Source: Camelus dromedarius
Lineage: Eukaryota
DNA: 64,000 nucleotides
Direction: 5' to 3'
NCBI RefSeq assembly: GCF_036321535.1
Contig: NC_087437.1
Coordinates: forward strand, 80,974,001-81,038,000
Both the position numbers and the translations under genes were made by a program. This document shows positions 26,056 to 38,395 of this stretch, piece after piece (within the stretch, counting starts at the first letter, position 1; every line of letters starts with the position of its first letter). The notes beneath the pieces are model-generated. The model did not search any database. It saw only the letters and a list, made by a program, of their open reading frames with translations, and had not been told where the DNA came from.

Positions 26056-27541
26056 AAAAATTTCTAAAAGCTCTTTTTTATTCCCTTCCTTTCTTATTGC
26101 TTTATGTTTTAGTGTTATGGATGTAATTTCTGAGTAAATTATAAATTTGCTTTTGTCTTTAAAAGCCTTTTTCTTTTATACCTCGAACTATTGTTCCTAA
26201 CAAAGTCTTATAATTGATATTTTTTGTTTTTTTCTCTCTCTCTTTTTTTTTTTTTTTTTTGAGGGAGGGAGGTTCTTTCTGTTTTTATAAAGTTGGCTCT
26301 CCTCATATATATACCTGGTAGTCCTCGGATCTTCATTTTCATTCATGATTAAAGTGTAGGAATAACTAGCATGTGCCTCCTTAATTATTTTGTGAATAGC
26401 TTTATTTTCTAGTTAAATGTCTTCTCGGAATGAAAATTCTTACCAAGAATCTATGTGGAGTGAGTAGCTTTTTATCAACTGTCTTGCTTTATTTAATATG
26501 AGGGCATGGAGTAAGGACAGTGCTGTAAAATGGAACAGCCCCTACTCAAACACACAGGAAACTTTTTATCCTTTCTGTTGCTCATTGGACACTATACTGG
26601 TTTGTATAGTCAAGTCTTCCTGTCTCTTAGGTATCTAAGTAGACTAAAGGGTAGGAACTCTATTAAAACATACTTTACCTCACAAAATCCTGCTTTGCAC
26701 AAGACAGTTTGGTAATAAAATTGATTAACTAACCTGTTTTCAGAAGACTTTAATACTTAAGCAAGCTTCCTTTTTCTACTAGAAAATATTAACTGATTTA
26801 CTTGGTTAAGAAAAAAATCTCACTTCCAGTTTGCTCTAAATTCTTTTTCTTACTAAAATCCCCTAATTAGTTTAGGTATTTCCCATTCCTATAACTAAAT
26901 TTATTTTGCAACTTCAGAGTTTCCTAGGATTTCCCGTATTGTCATAGATATCTGCAAGACAATCTGGGAAAATTTTTGACGTAGGGGAAGGAGAACATGA
27001 AGAGCTACTGAAATTCTCATTATTTTTAACTGTGTTTGGAATTGAACTTTATTGATTAGAAATTAAGTTTCAATTACTGTATGATATGTACCCATGGAAA
27101 TCTTAAAATCAGTGTTTTCTAAGTTTTTGTTTTTTCTCTTTTTTGTAAAGTTATTTTGGAAAAATTCAATAATATACAGATGTAGGGAGTATTATCATTA
27201 GTTTATATATCCTCACCCTGAATTATCAACAGTTCCCAGTTTTGTTTCATCTACCCTCTGCTACTTTTTTTCTTCTGGAGTATTTTAAAGCAAATTTTAG
27301 TTATTATTTTATTTCACCTGTATTTTTTTTTCATAATCACTATGGCACGGTCAAAACAAACAAAATTGAAATTTCTTAATGTCATCTAATAATATATAAT
27401 TAAGTTTGTCTTGTATCTTAAAGATATCTTTTTTATTTTTTAGAATTAGGATTCAAAAAAGATACATTTATTGCATTTGGTTGTTATGTAAGTGCCTATC
27501 TGTGTCAGAGTTCTTTTTCCCTTGTCAGTGATGTGTTAGAT

Positions 27542-28015
27542 CACTGCCGCTCAGGCTTTAATTTTTTGCCTTAGGACTCCTTTACACTCTTAAAATTACA
27601 GAGGACTCCAAAAAGCTTTAATTTATGTGAACTCTTTATTAATTTGTTTAATTTGTGTTTAATTTGTTTATTTATTTAATTTGTTAATTGGTTAATATAT
27701 ACTAATTAGAAAATAAAACAGAATTTAAAAACATATTAATTGAAAATATTTTAAATAATCTTTTTCATTTAGAATAATAGTAGTAAACCCATTGTATGCT
27801 AACATAAATAAAATAGTTTTATGAAAAGAAGTTATTTTCCAAAACAAAACTGATTTAGTGAGAAGTGTAGGTTCCCACTCTTTCACTTTTTTGCCAATCT
27901 CTAATGTCTGGCTTACTAGAAGGCAGCTAGATTCTATATCTACTTCTGCTTTCAAACTGCTGCGTTATGCTGTTTTGATTGAATATATATGAGTATATAT
28001 ATATACACAGATGAG

Positions 28016-28085
<70 letters not shown>

Positions 28086-28255
28086 CACATATATTAATCT
28101 AGCCCCAGTTGTGAAGTCCTGTAGCTTTTGAAGAACTCCACAGTATACTTGTCAGACAACAAAAGTGCAAAAAGCAAAATAATATCTTAGTGTTATTCTA
28201 AAAATAGTTTGACCTGGCCGATTATATGAACAGGTCGCAGGGACCTTGGGTGGGC
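27542..28255 (-). mobile_element. Charlie1-family hAT transposon, internally deleted
   Basis: aggactcctttacactcttaaaattacagaggactccaaaaagc and aataatatcttagtgttattctaaaaatagtttgacct match the two recalled Charlie1 end regions. Confidence 0.75.
28019..28078. repeat. (AT)30 microsatellite
   Basis: Uninterrupted AT dinucleotide run. Confidence 0.95.
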
Positions 28256-28384
28256 TTCTCCTTACACTGAGCCAGCATGGCTCTCCCCACTCCCCCCATC
28301 ACACAGAGATATTTGTCTCGCTCTGCCCCATTTAATGGCTTTAGGACTGAAGTGTTTGGAAAGAAGCTATAGCAGGACAGTACA

Positions 28385-28870
28385 GAAATCTTGAACTTGA
28401 CTTATAAGTATTGAGGTTGATTGTGGTATTGATGAACTAACTCTGAAACTTCTATGTGTATCATATGAGAGAGTATATGATTTAAAATACTGACATAGGG
28501 AACAAGGGTTCTTGCTGTAAGGAGAAGGAAAGACAATATGGAATTGGAAAAGTGAGGAAGAATCTTGTGTTAATGAATTTGAATTGGAGATCTCATTATG
28601 AACTAAGCAATATGAATTTATAATATTTAAAAAATGTATTTCCTAATTCTGCCCAATAGAAGGGCAGGAAGCAGTAGCACCACAGTCCCAATGAGCTTAC
28701 TTGGTGCCCAGATCTTGTCTTCTGAATTCCTGCTTTGGGGAAATGCCTGATTACAGTCCTGGGGGAGGGGCGCACAGGTGAGCCTTGAACACCCTGTGGT
28801 GCCAATAAGCTGAGTGTGCAGTGACAGGTAGGACCCCCAAAGGATATGGGAGCTTCCTGGAGGGGCTCCC
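28385..28870 (+). mobile_element. Old L1MC-like 3' UTR fragment
   Basis: gaacaagggttcttgctgt, gaatttgaattggagat, ggtgcccagatcttg resemble L1MC4/5 3' UTR. Confidence 0.45.
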
Positions 28871-29075
28871 ACTGGACTTAAAAGAGTGTTTTACTATTAC
28901 TTAGATATTTCATATTTGTACATACTTACCAACTCCTTGTATCTGTGGCTCTTTGTACAACTATAAAAGTAAAAGAAATTTACAAATAAGCAAATAATAT
29001 TATAAAATTGAATATAACGCAAATGAACTATTTTAATGTGCTTATTTTATTGAAACTAAATTACCTTTTTTTTAG

Positions 29076-29139
29076 GTGTAATGTATTTACTTTGTGTATT
29101 TGAGCTTCAATTCTACCAATGCAGAGACTGCCTGCTTGT
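29076..29139 (+). other. Candidate 64-nt internal exon of an unidentified host transcript
   Basis: aactaaa branch-like motif, ccttttttttag acceptor, gtaagta donor, in non-repetitive sequence. Confidence 0.4.
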
Positions 29140-32124
29140 GTAAGTATGTTGTACAGAATATCATTAATAATTTCAAAGCTTTTCAAATAGTTCACCATAA
29201 TCAGACTTCACCCTTCACCAAAATTCTAGCAAGAAACAATTCTAGATGCCATTGTAAATAACATATCACTTTAAAGTTTTCATGTTGATTCAAGACAAGA
29301 TTATCATTGTGTTGTTATTGAATTCTGTATTACAGTGGCATTTAATCAAATTACTAGAGAAAAAATTATCTGAATTTCTTGATTTTTGCAGATGTTGAAA
29401 ATAGTAATAGTTTAAACACTGCTCTCAGGTTGAGGTCAATCTGTAAATACTAGAAGTGATTAATGCATCCCTTTTAAAAATGACATGACTGTAACTCAGG
29501 TTTCCTTATTCCTTTTCTTGATCCTTAACTGGAAATTTTAAACTGTTGAAAACTTCTTTTATATTAAGTTCGGATGTGATTTGTCTCTTGCTTGGTGTGA
29601 GTACATTGATGCTATTCCTCATAATTTGTGACAATTAATACATTTTGCCACCATACCATGTTGGTTTTGTATCAAATAGCCTTCAATGTTAATCTCTTAA
29701 ACTGAAGTCTGCTTCTCTGAAAGACATGCCTTTCAACTACAGATTTTCTTGGTAAAAGGGAAATTGTCTTTATAACTGGTAACAAGAATTCAATGTGAAA
29801 ACAGTGCAGAGCGGTTAGCTTGACATTAGATGGTAGCAACTAAAAGCAGTTAGCCATGCTTATCTCCATATACAAAGTTAAATTATGTGGTCATTCGTGC
29901 TCCCAGGATCGTAATTCTTGGGGAGGCAGTATTCAGCTTTGAGGTGGTTTTTTGGATGATGCAGAGAAAAAAACACATGTTTTAAAAATTGCCAAATAAA
30001 AAAAATAAGCTTTAGAAACATTCCTAGACTGCTTGGAGACAGTTCATAGTATCCTCTATTGCATGCATGTGCGTGCGCATGCACATGAGAACCCCCCCCC
30101 CCCATATCCACAGAAAAATAAGACTTTTGGAGATACACAAATGATGTGAATTTGGAACGATGTTTGGGAAAGGTGTTAATTAGGCCTGTTTTCTCATGGT
30201 CATAATCCAGACACCCCAGTTAATTGGACAGAAGCACTTCCCGTTGACATTCATTCACCAGCTTTCTGTATTGACTGTGGCACTTTCCTCCTCTGAGAGG
30301 CTTTTTCTAGTGCTGATAGCGTACTGAGCCTGTCCGCAAACCGCGGGCTGCTCTCTAGCACTGCCTCCACCAATTAAACTGTTCTGAAATCTTTTAATTC
30401 CAGTTTCTGTATTTTATTATACAATCTAGTATATACTTGTTATGTTATAATTATATACATCTAGTTTGATGTATACATCAATGAAATAAATATTGGAATG
30501 AGAATTATTTTTAAGGAAACTAAGATGAATGCTTTGGATGTTTGGATGGAAAACCATGGCACTGTGCTTGCTGCCTAATTAGGTGTGAATGAGGTAACTG
30601 AGACTGGAGGGAGTGATCACACTAATCTAGAAAGCGTTTTCACTCCTACTGCTTGACAAGGGACCCTGTGTTCTTTCCTGCCCTGAGACTCATTGGAAAT
30701 TTGAATGTGATATTGTGATAATTTTCTTTATATATGAAGATAGGTAAATAAATGTATATTTTCATGTTTTAGTTAAAATGTGTAAAGTACTAGTCAATTT
30801 TTGATTGCCCACATCAATCAACTTTTCTTTAAACAGCTACCTACCAGTCCTGAGCATATCATATAGTCCCATTACCTCAGTCTTTAGTCCCAGCTGGAAA
30901 ATAAAAAGTGATGTTAGGATAGTTTTTCAGTTTTCTCAGATGAGCTTTTAAAACACATCCTAGTGTTTGCTTTTTTTTTTTTTTTTTAAGAAGATGATAC
31001 ACCCATTTGGTCCCTGAGAAGGGAAAGGAAGAAATTAGAAAAGACTGCAGTAATCCAAAAATGTTGTAGATGTGTCATTGTTCTTTACTCACAATAGATG
31101 CACAGTGAAGATTTGATTGGTTAGAAATGAGTAGAGCCAAGACATTTGTTTTAAAATCTAAAAATATTTGGAAATTCTTCGTATCTCATTCTGAGGCTGG
31201 TCTTTGAATAGTTGTATTCCAGTCTCCTCATGTCTTCTGACTTGTACTGGAGAGACCTGTCTGAACAAGGGATAATCTTGCTGTGTGCTTATGGCTACAG
31301 AGAAGTGAAAACTCCTCTTGGCTGAGGACTTGGGCTTTAAAGAAACAATCATGTGATGAGTACGATTCTGTAACCCCACCACCTCCTCTGTAGAGCCCAC
31401 GTTGTTCTGACTAACACCCGTGTAGGTATTTGAAGGTGTGCTGTCCTATGTCCTACTTAATTAAGTAGCAGAAAGTCCTGTAGACTCACAGCCGAGGTCT
31501 TTTTAATAATTCTGAAACAATACTGGGGAGATTTTATCTCTGAAAAATAAATACATGCATGACTCACCATGTGAAAATGGAAGGTACTTTTTTCTCATGT
31601 TGGAAATCAGTGGAGTTTCTTAACTCTGGTTTACTTTTCATAGGCTATAATATCCCAGTTTTGAGAATTTCCAATAACTCAGATTACAGCACAGCTGCAC
31701 CGTTTGGAAAGCAGCTGCCTAAGGGGGTGGATCTTGTCATGCTTACTTTAAAGGATGTTTGTGGTTATTTGACCAAATGAAGAGCTTAATCAAGGATAAA
31801 ACTTTGTATTCTGTCTCTCCCTTCTCTATATGCTGCCTAATGTTTTTTATTAAATGACTTGTGCTGATCATTACAAAGACTTGGTTAATGTTAAAATAAA
31901 AATATTTTAATCCTTGGTTGGACAACTTGACATTTTCCCCTTTCTCTCCCCCATTCATCCCTTGAGAGCGGAGAGCAATTACAAACGTATCTTTTTGCAA
32001 TCAACATAATTATTTTGTTGAACGTATTTTTCGGTAAATCGTTGTGCTTACCTTTGGAAAGAGCCTGGGATAGAATTTTCTTAAAGCCTTCTTTGTGTAA
32101 TATATTTTTTGAAAAAACAGACTC

Positions 32125-32745
32125 ATTTTTTTTAGAGCAGTCTTAGGTTCAGCATTTTGGAAAATGTACAATGACGTGTATCCACCATTGTAATATCATA
32201 CAGTGTAGTTTCACTCTACTAGGAATATAAAAAATCCTCTGTGCGCCACCTATTCATCCCTCCATACGCCCCTCCTCCCAGCAACCACTGATCTTTTTTA
32301 TTGTCTCCATAGTTTGCTTTTTCCAGAATGACATGTAGTTGGAATCATACAGTAAGTAGCCTTTTCAAATTGGCCTCTTTTACTTAGTAATACACATTTA
32401 AGTTTCCCCCATGTCTTTATGTGGCTTGCTGGTCTTTTCTTTTTAGTGCTGAGTAATAGTCTGTTGTCTGGTTGGGCCTCAGTTTATTGATCCATTCACC
32501 TACTGAAGGACATCTTGGTTGCTTCCAAGTTTGGGCAATGGTGAATAAAGTGGCTATAAACATAGGTGTGCAGATTTCTGGCTGGACAAAAGTTTTCAAC
32601 TCCTTTGGATAAATACTAAGGAGTGAGATTGCTGAATCATATGGTATATGATTTATAAGTATATTTAATTTATAAGAAATTGCTAAACTGTCTTCCAAAG
32701 GGGCTGAAGTATTTTACATCCCCACTAGCAATGAATGAGAGTCAC
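32125..32745 (-). mobile_element. L1MC-like 3' fragment
   Basis: Same 3' UTR as at 10725. ORF 32417-32698 encodes an ORF2 C-terminal remnant (TWKQPRCPSVGEWINKL). Confidence 0.85.
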
Positions 32746-33009
32746 CAGTGAAATATATGTTTAAGTACATCTATTTAAAATTTTATAAGAACCTTATAAA
32801 ATGAGTATTAATGAGGTTAATACTCAAAAGTGATCAGACTCAAGGAGATTGACTGTCCTGAGGCTAAGAAACTAGTCTTAAGTCTATTCTTTCTTCTGTG
32901 CCATACTGCCTCTGCTAAATATAAGCCATGACGGACACATAAAACATTTATAAATCCATTAAGCTGAACTATTTTTCCTAAATGATCTTGAAATATAATC
33001 AGACGTTCC

Positions 33010-33125
33010 ATGCACTACTCTATGTACGTTGAAACTGAGGTCTAGCTTGCTGAAGTCATATGTTCACGGTGACACAGCTTATTAGTAGTAGAGCCAGTTT
33101 TGTCCCAAGTTCTCTTGACTTTGAA
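33010..33125 (-). mobile_element. MIR fragment
   Basis: gaaactgagg...cacagct..tagtagtagagcca core motif. Confidence 0.55.
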
Positions 33126-33151
33126 TTTTGGTTCGAGTAAGGCTGATTTTC

Positions 33152-33776
33152 TTTTCTTTTCTTTCTAGATGCACATGTACTTTATTTCTTCTGATTATCT
33201 GCCAGTTTTTCATGGACTTTCACATTGAAAAGCAAAAATCTTTTTGAAACTGTGTATTTTTTTTTTTTTGTATATTTATTCCCCAAATAAACCTCTTCTT
33301 TTCCTGCTCCTGGATGCAGATGCAGATGTAGATGAATGCTCCCTTGGTCAGTATCAGTGCAGCAGCTTCACTCGATGTCATAACATACATGGTTCCTACA
33401 AGTGTAAATATAGATATACTTTTACGAGGGTGATGGACTGAAATTGTGTGTGTGAGTAATCCTCGTCCTCCAGCTCTAAATCCCAGTAGGAAGTACAGGA
33501 TTACACAAAGGCCATTACTAGAGAAATCAAGGAGAAAGATTAGTTATGAAAGAAATGTAACTTTCATAGCTAGTAGTACTAGTCTGTGCTTTCCACAAAC
33601 TATAAAATCAGTTGCTCAGGTATTTTAAAAAATTTAAGACTCAGTAATGCATTCTAATCTTAAAAGCATTCAGTTTCTTGGCTAAAATCCCACAGTAGCT
33701 TCCCTTTAGCTGGCAAGAAATTATTGAGTCCTCCCTGAGAATTTGATTTTATTATAATCAGAAATAAATGTATCTT
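33152..33776 (-). mobile_element. Retroposed antisense fragment of NPNT intron-exon-intron sequence (orphan L1 transduction or antisense retrocopy)
   Basis: TSD taaggctgattttc (33138-33151) / taagactgattttc (33777-33790), (ttttc)n tail 33152-33166, tttatt 33181-33186, TTTTC/AA site at the right copy. Confidence 0.75.
33326..33451 (+). pseudogene. NPNT: Isolated, disabled copy of a nephronectin calcium-binding EGF exon
   Basis: DVDECSLGQYQCSSFTRCHNIHGSYKCK, then YEGDGL and NCV in shifted frames, versus recalled human NPNT DIDECSLGQYQCSSFARCYNIRGSYKCKCKEGYQGDGLTCV. cag acceptor, gtgagt donor (33452-33457), phase 1-1. Cys to Tyr change, indels, and TGA at 33439-33441. Confidence 0.85.
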
Positions 33777-33954
33777 TAAGACTGATTTTCAAATATTGCT
33801 TATGGGATTGTCTTGCTACATTATATTGGCTTTATTTTTTAAAAGTTTTGTTCATTTGCTTTTTTTGTAAAAAAAAGTTGCTGTATTTGATCATATATAT
33901 CATTTAATTTACAGATAATCGATATCTGAATAACTTGGGAAACTTGAGCATTTT

Positions 33955-34247
33955 ATTTTGTAAATTTATTTTTAGAGGATGCTGGGATTTATTTTTTATT
34001 TATTTTTATTTAACTTTAGTTGATTTACAATGTTGTGTTAGTTTCAGGTATACAGCTTCAGATTCTTTTCCATTTTAGGTTATTACCAGATATTGAATAT
34101 AGGTCCCTGTGCCATGCAGTAAATCCTTGTTGTTTATCTATTTTATATATAGTGGTGTATGTATGTTAATCCCATACTCCTAATTTATCCTTCCTCCTCC
34201 CTTTCCCCCTTTGGTAACCATAAGTTTGTTTTCTATGTCTGTGAGTC
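33955..34247 (-). mobile_element. Short L1 3' end with TSD
   Basis: Cetartiodactyl-type L1 3' UTR. TSD tgagcatttt at 33945-33954 and 34248-34257. Confidence 0.85.
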
Positions 34248-34636
34248 TGAGCATTTTCAAGTGAGAACTCACACAGAAAATTTTCTAGTGTATGCATCAT
34301 AAAAACAAAGAGAATTTATTCTAGTTGCCACAACAGATTTTTCCATTTACTTAGAACTCCGCCAGTGTAGCTAATGCTTAAAAAAAAAATCAAATATTCA
34401 TACTCCTATTCCTGCTTTTCTACTGCTGTCTGTTTCTCACATCCAAGTTCAATAAATATTTGTTGGTCATACACTTTGTGCCAGGCTGCATGTGAGTGAA
34501 AGTATATGGTATAATTTGTATCTACTCAACTCTTACAGCAACTCTGCAGAATGAACATTAAACTTCTGGGAAAATAATATGGCTTCCTTTCTGTTCTTTA
34601 ACTCCTAATTATCCCATGAATGTTTTCCTTCTTACT

Positions 34637-34792
34637 TTTTTTGGGGGGGTGAGGGGAAGGTAATTAGGTTTATTTGTTTATTTAATTTAATGGAGGTACT
34701 GGGGATTGAACCCAGGACCTTGTGCATGCTAAGCATGCACTCTACCACTGAACTATACCCTCCCCCCTACCACTGAGATATACCCTCCTCCC
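34637..34792 (-). mobile_element. Vic-1-like tRNA SINE with duplicated head
   Basis: A and B boxes on the minus strand. TSD tgttttccttcttact / tgctttccttcttgct. Confidence 0.9.
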
Positions 34793-36104
34793 TGCTTTCC
34801 TTCTTGCTAATGGGCTTTGCTTTGATGCTTACTCTAATTTTCATATTTTATATCTTCAAATAAGATGGCATCATTTCCCCTCCATAAAATGTATCCTACT
34901 GTGATTGATGCCTTGGTTTACTGAACCTCAAAAAGATTCTACACCAATTTCTTTCACAACCCCTACATTTCAGCTCCAAGTCCTCCAAGCCAGCACATTT
35001 CTACCACATAGCACTTGATCAGCACATTAGGATTACAAATAGATTACGGAAAAGAACTCCAGTACTGATGATGATAAACATCACTTAAAAGTAACTTTCA
35101 GATAAAAACTAAAAAAAAGACTTGATGATTATTATGATATGTTAAAGAATCCTAAGTAAAAAAGATGAATTTTCTATTCATCTAAAGATGAATGAGTAGA
35201 AAGGGAAGTGCTAGTACCCATTCTGTTCTCAAACTCAGATGGGTTTAGTCACCCACTAGATCGAGCACTAGTTAGGAAGCAAGCAGTAGTGCTTGAAGCT
35301 CATGTTTTTTCTAACCTCAGTTCCTTCATCCATGGCCTTGGAAGCAAGTTCTTACAGTCCTGTAATGTCCTCCTCACCCCCCAGGCCAGGTGCTGCTTGG
35401 CTGTTATGCTGTCATAGTCCAGGGACTTTAATCCTCAACCTGACTATGAGTATAGTTTAGTATGTGTATAGTGTCTTGTTTATTTCTAAAGGCAAAGGAA
35501 GAAAGCTGGTGACCTTTCTGTATTCTCACATCAACAGCCACGAGGCATTTTAATTTAAGAGGAAACAAAATCTGTGACCCACTTCTAAACAATTGGGGCT
35601 GATTAACCTCTGTTTAAATTCCCCTAACTTAAAATAAACAGTCTGGAAATAAGTTCCCAGACATTTTCCGGTGGGAAGTAGAGAAACTTATCATGTAAAT
35701 ACAGAAAATGAAAAGAGGTATTAACTGCATAGGTGCTGGTGCAAACTGGGGGAGAGTTTCATTTAAAAAAGTTCTCTTGGCTCTCTTGCGTAAAGATCAT
35801 ATCCTCATCTCACCTGGTTTCAGCCATAGATGATTTTTGCATGTGAATGAAACCAAAAAGAATCTTGACAAGTATCTATATTTTACATGTGTATAACTTC
35901 ACTAGGAAAATACATATTTGTTCTTTGTGGAAACTGGGGCTGCATCTCCCAAGTGTGGAGAGTCAGCCATAGTGTTAAATCCAGAATCCCTAGTCAGGAC
36001 TGATCTGAGAAGATCTTTAACCTAACCCTCCAAACACTTGAATTCTTATTGGACATGGAGTTTGACAGCATGTGGCATTCTTCACAGTGTTCTAGTTTGC
36101 ACAG

Positions 36105-36215
36105 TTTGGGGCCATGGAGAGTCCTAGGTCAAGAGTCAGGAGGCTTGACTTGACTATTAACTAGTTGTATGACCCAAGCAAGCTGTTTAACCTCTCTGCC
36201 TCAGTCTCTGCTGAA
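36105..36215 (+). mobile_element. MIR fragment
   Basis: gagtcaggagg..actagttgtatgacccaagcaag..tttaacctctctgcctcagt. Confidence 0.7.
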
Positions 36216-37177
36216 GAATAAAGAAAAGGAGGGGAACCTGTCTTTGCTGGGGCAAAAACTCCATATGAGTAAAATGTGTTGTAAGTCATATGCTTCTATA
36301 AAAACTCAAGTAGAATTAAGACATCACCATTGAAGAGGTTGGCTTAGTTGATGATGCTATTATGAATTTTCATGGCAATGCAAACATAGTAAGCTTTTCC
36401 TTTAAAAATTATTATATCTATAAATTGAATTTCCTTACAGAATAAGGACTTAATGCATTTTTTTGATAGAACATAGTATATTTATAATTATTTGAGGAAT
36501 CTTTTGATTATTGTTTATGTGTATTTATTGCTTACCAAATATCTAATTAATCTATTCAGCACATAGCATTTTATATCACTAATATGATTGCTTGTCAGTT
36601 AGCTAAGGATAATTTCAGTTTGGAACCAAGAACTCAGACTATTGTATTAACTTTTTTCTTTTGCTTTAACTTACTTATTCTAACTTTTCTTAGTTGAATG
36701 TCATTTGACCAAGTGTTTTAGAGGCTTTTCTTCACAGATATTTCAAAGTATAGCTTTTTTAAAAGTCTATTTGAAACTTATCAAAGACTTTTAAAGTGTA
36801 ACTCAACAGCCTATAATGAATTATTAGCATTTTGTTGATAAGGGAAACAGTAGTAGATTGATTGAATCTATCAGAGGAAAAGATGGGATTTATATAAGAG
36901 GAAGTGGCAAAGAGAAGGAACAAAAGCCTTCAGAAACCACAGATTGTTTTCTTTTCCTTGGTCAGGATGTGGATGAGTTGATAATGAGTAAAGAAACTTT
37001 TCTTTCCAATTGCTCATGGATTCTCCAGAAGACCTTGGGTATTTCCCTATAACAGGTTGCTCTGCATTATGTCTGTTAGAGACCTTCATTAGCGTCTCCA
37101 TCGCGGTTTTGCTAAGTGTGCTTCATTTTTCTCATCACGTTTTTCGTGATCGATCGCCTTTTAAATATAGCTTCAGT

Positions 37178-37245
37178 ACTTAGTTGTCTTCGTTTCCTAT
37201 TGTTGCTGCAACAAACTACCACAAAATCAGTGGCTTAAAATGATT
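37178..37245 (-). mobile_element. MaLR LTR terminal fragment
   Basis: gtttcctattgttgctgcaacaaactaccacaaa..agtggcttaaaa. Confidence 0.65.
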
Positions 37246-38395
37246 AATTACTTAAAATTAAGTTCTATCTGATCTATAACATTATAGTGGCTTCAAGTGT
37301 ACAAAATAATGATTCAATATATATACATATACATTGCAAAATGATCACCGTGTCTAGTTACCATCCATCACCACATGTAGTTACAATTTTTTCTATGTGT
37401 GATGAGAACTTTTTAAGACCTACCCTCTTAGCAACCTTCAAATACACAACACAATATTGTTAACTGTAGTCACCACGCTGTATGTTATACCCCAGGACTT
37501 AATTATAACTGAAGTATATACTTTCTGACACCCGTCATTCACTGCTCCCCCCCCCCCCCCCCGCTTCTGGCAACCACTAATCTGTTATTTAAGAGTTTAG
37601 TATTTTTTAAAGATTCCATATAGAAGTGAGATTATGTGATATTTTACATTCTCTGTTACTTATTTCATTTAATATAATGCCCTCAAGGTCCATTCATGTT
37701 ATTGCAAATGGCTTTTGTTCTTTTTAATGGCTGAATAATATTCCCTTGTATGTGTATGTATCTATATATATACATCTATATCTATACATCTCACATTTTC
37801 CTTTTCCATTCATCCTTTGATGGATACTAGGTTGTTTCCATGTCTTGAGTGTTGTAAATAATGCTGCAATCAACATAGGGGTGCATATATCTTTTTGAGT
37901 TAATGCTTTTATTTCCTTTGGATAAATACCCAGAAGTGGAATTGCTGGATCATATGATAGTTCTGTTTTTAATTTTTTGAGAAACCTTCATATTGTTTTC
38001 CAAGTGGCTCTACTAATTTACTTTCCCACTAACAGTGCACAAGAATTTCCTTTTCTCCACATCCTTATTCACCCTTGTTTGTCGCTTGTCTTTTTGATAA
38101 TAGCTCTTCTAACAGGTGCAAGGTGATATTTCATTGTGATTTTGATTTGTATTTCCCTGATGATGAGTGATGCTGAGCATCTTTTCATGTTCTTGTTGGC
38201 CATCTGTATGTATTGTTTGGAAAAATTCAATTCTGTCCATTTTACAAATCAGATTGTTTTTGATATTGAGGTATATGAGTTCTCTATGTATTTTGAATAA
38301 TAAAATCTTATTAAATATATTATTTGCAAACATTTTTCCTCTTCCATAGGTTACCTTTTCATTTTGTTGATGGTTTCCTTTACTGTGCAGAAGCT

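Noticed and set aside
33244..33441. Window being the genuine NPNT gene, or this ORF being a real CDS
   Set aside because: I found no neighbouring NPNT exons, the exon has lost a Cys and has indels and a stop, and the N-terminal part of the ORF is translated intron.
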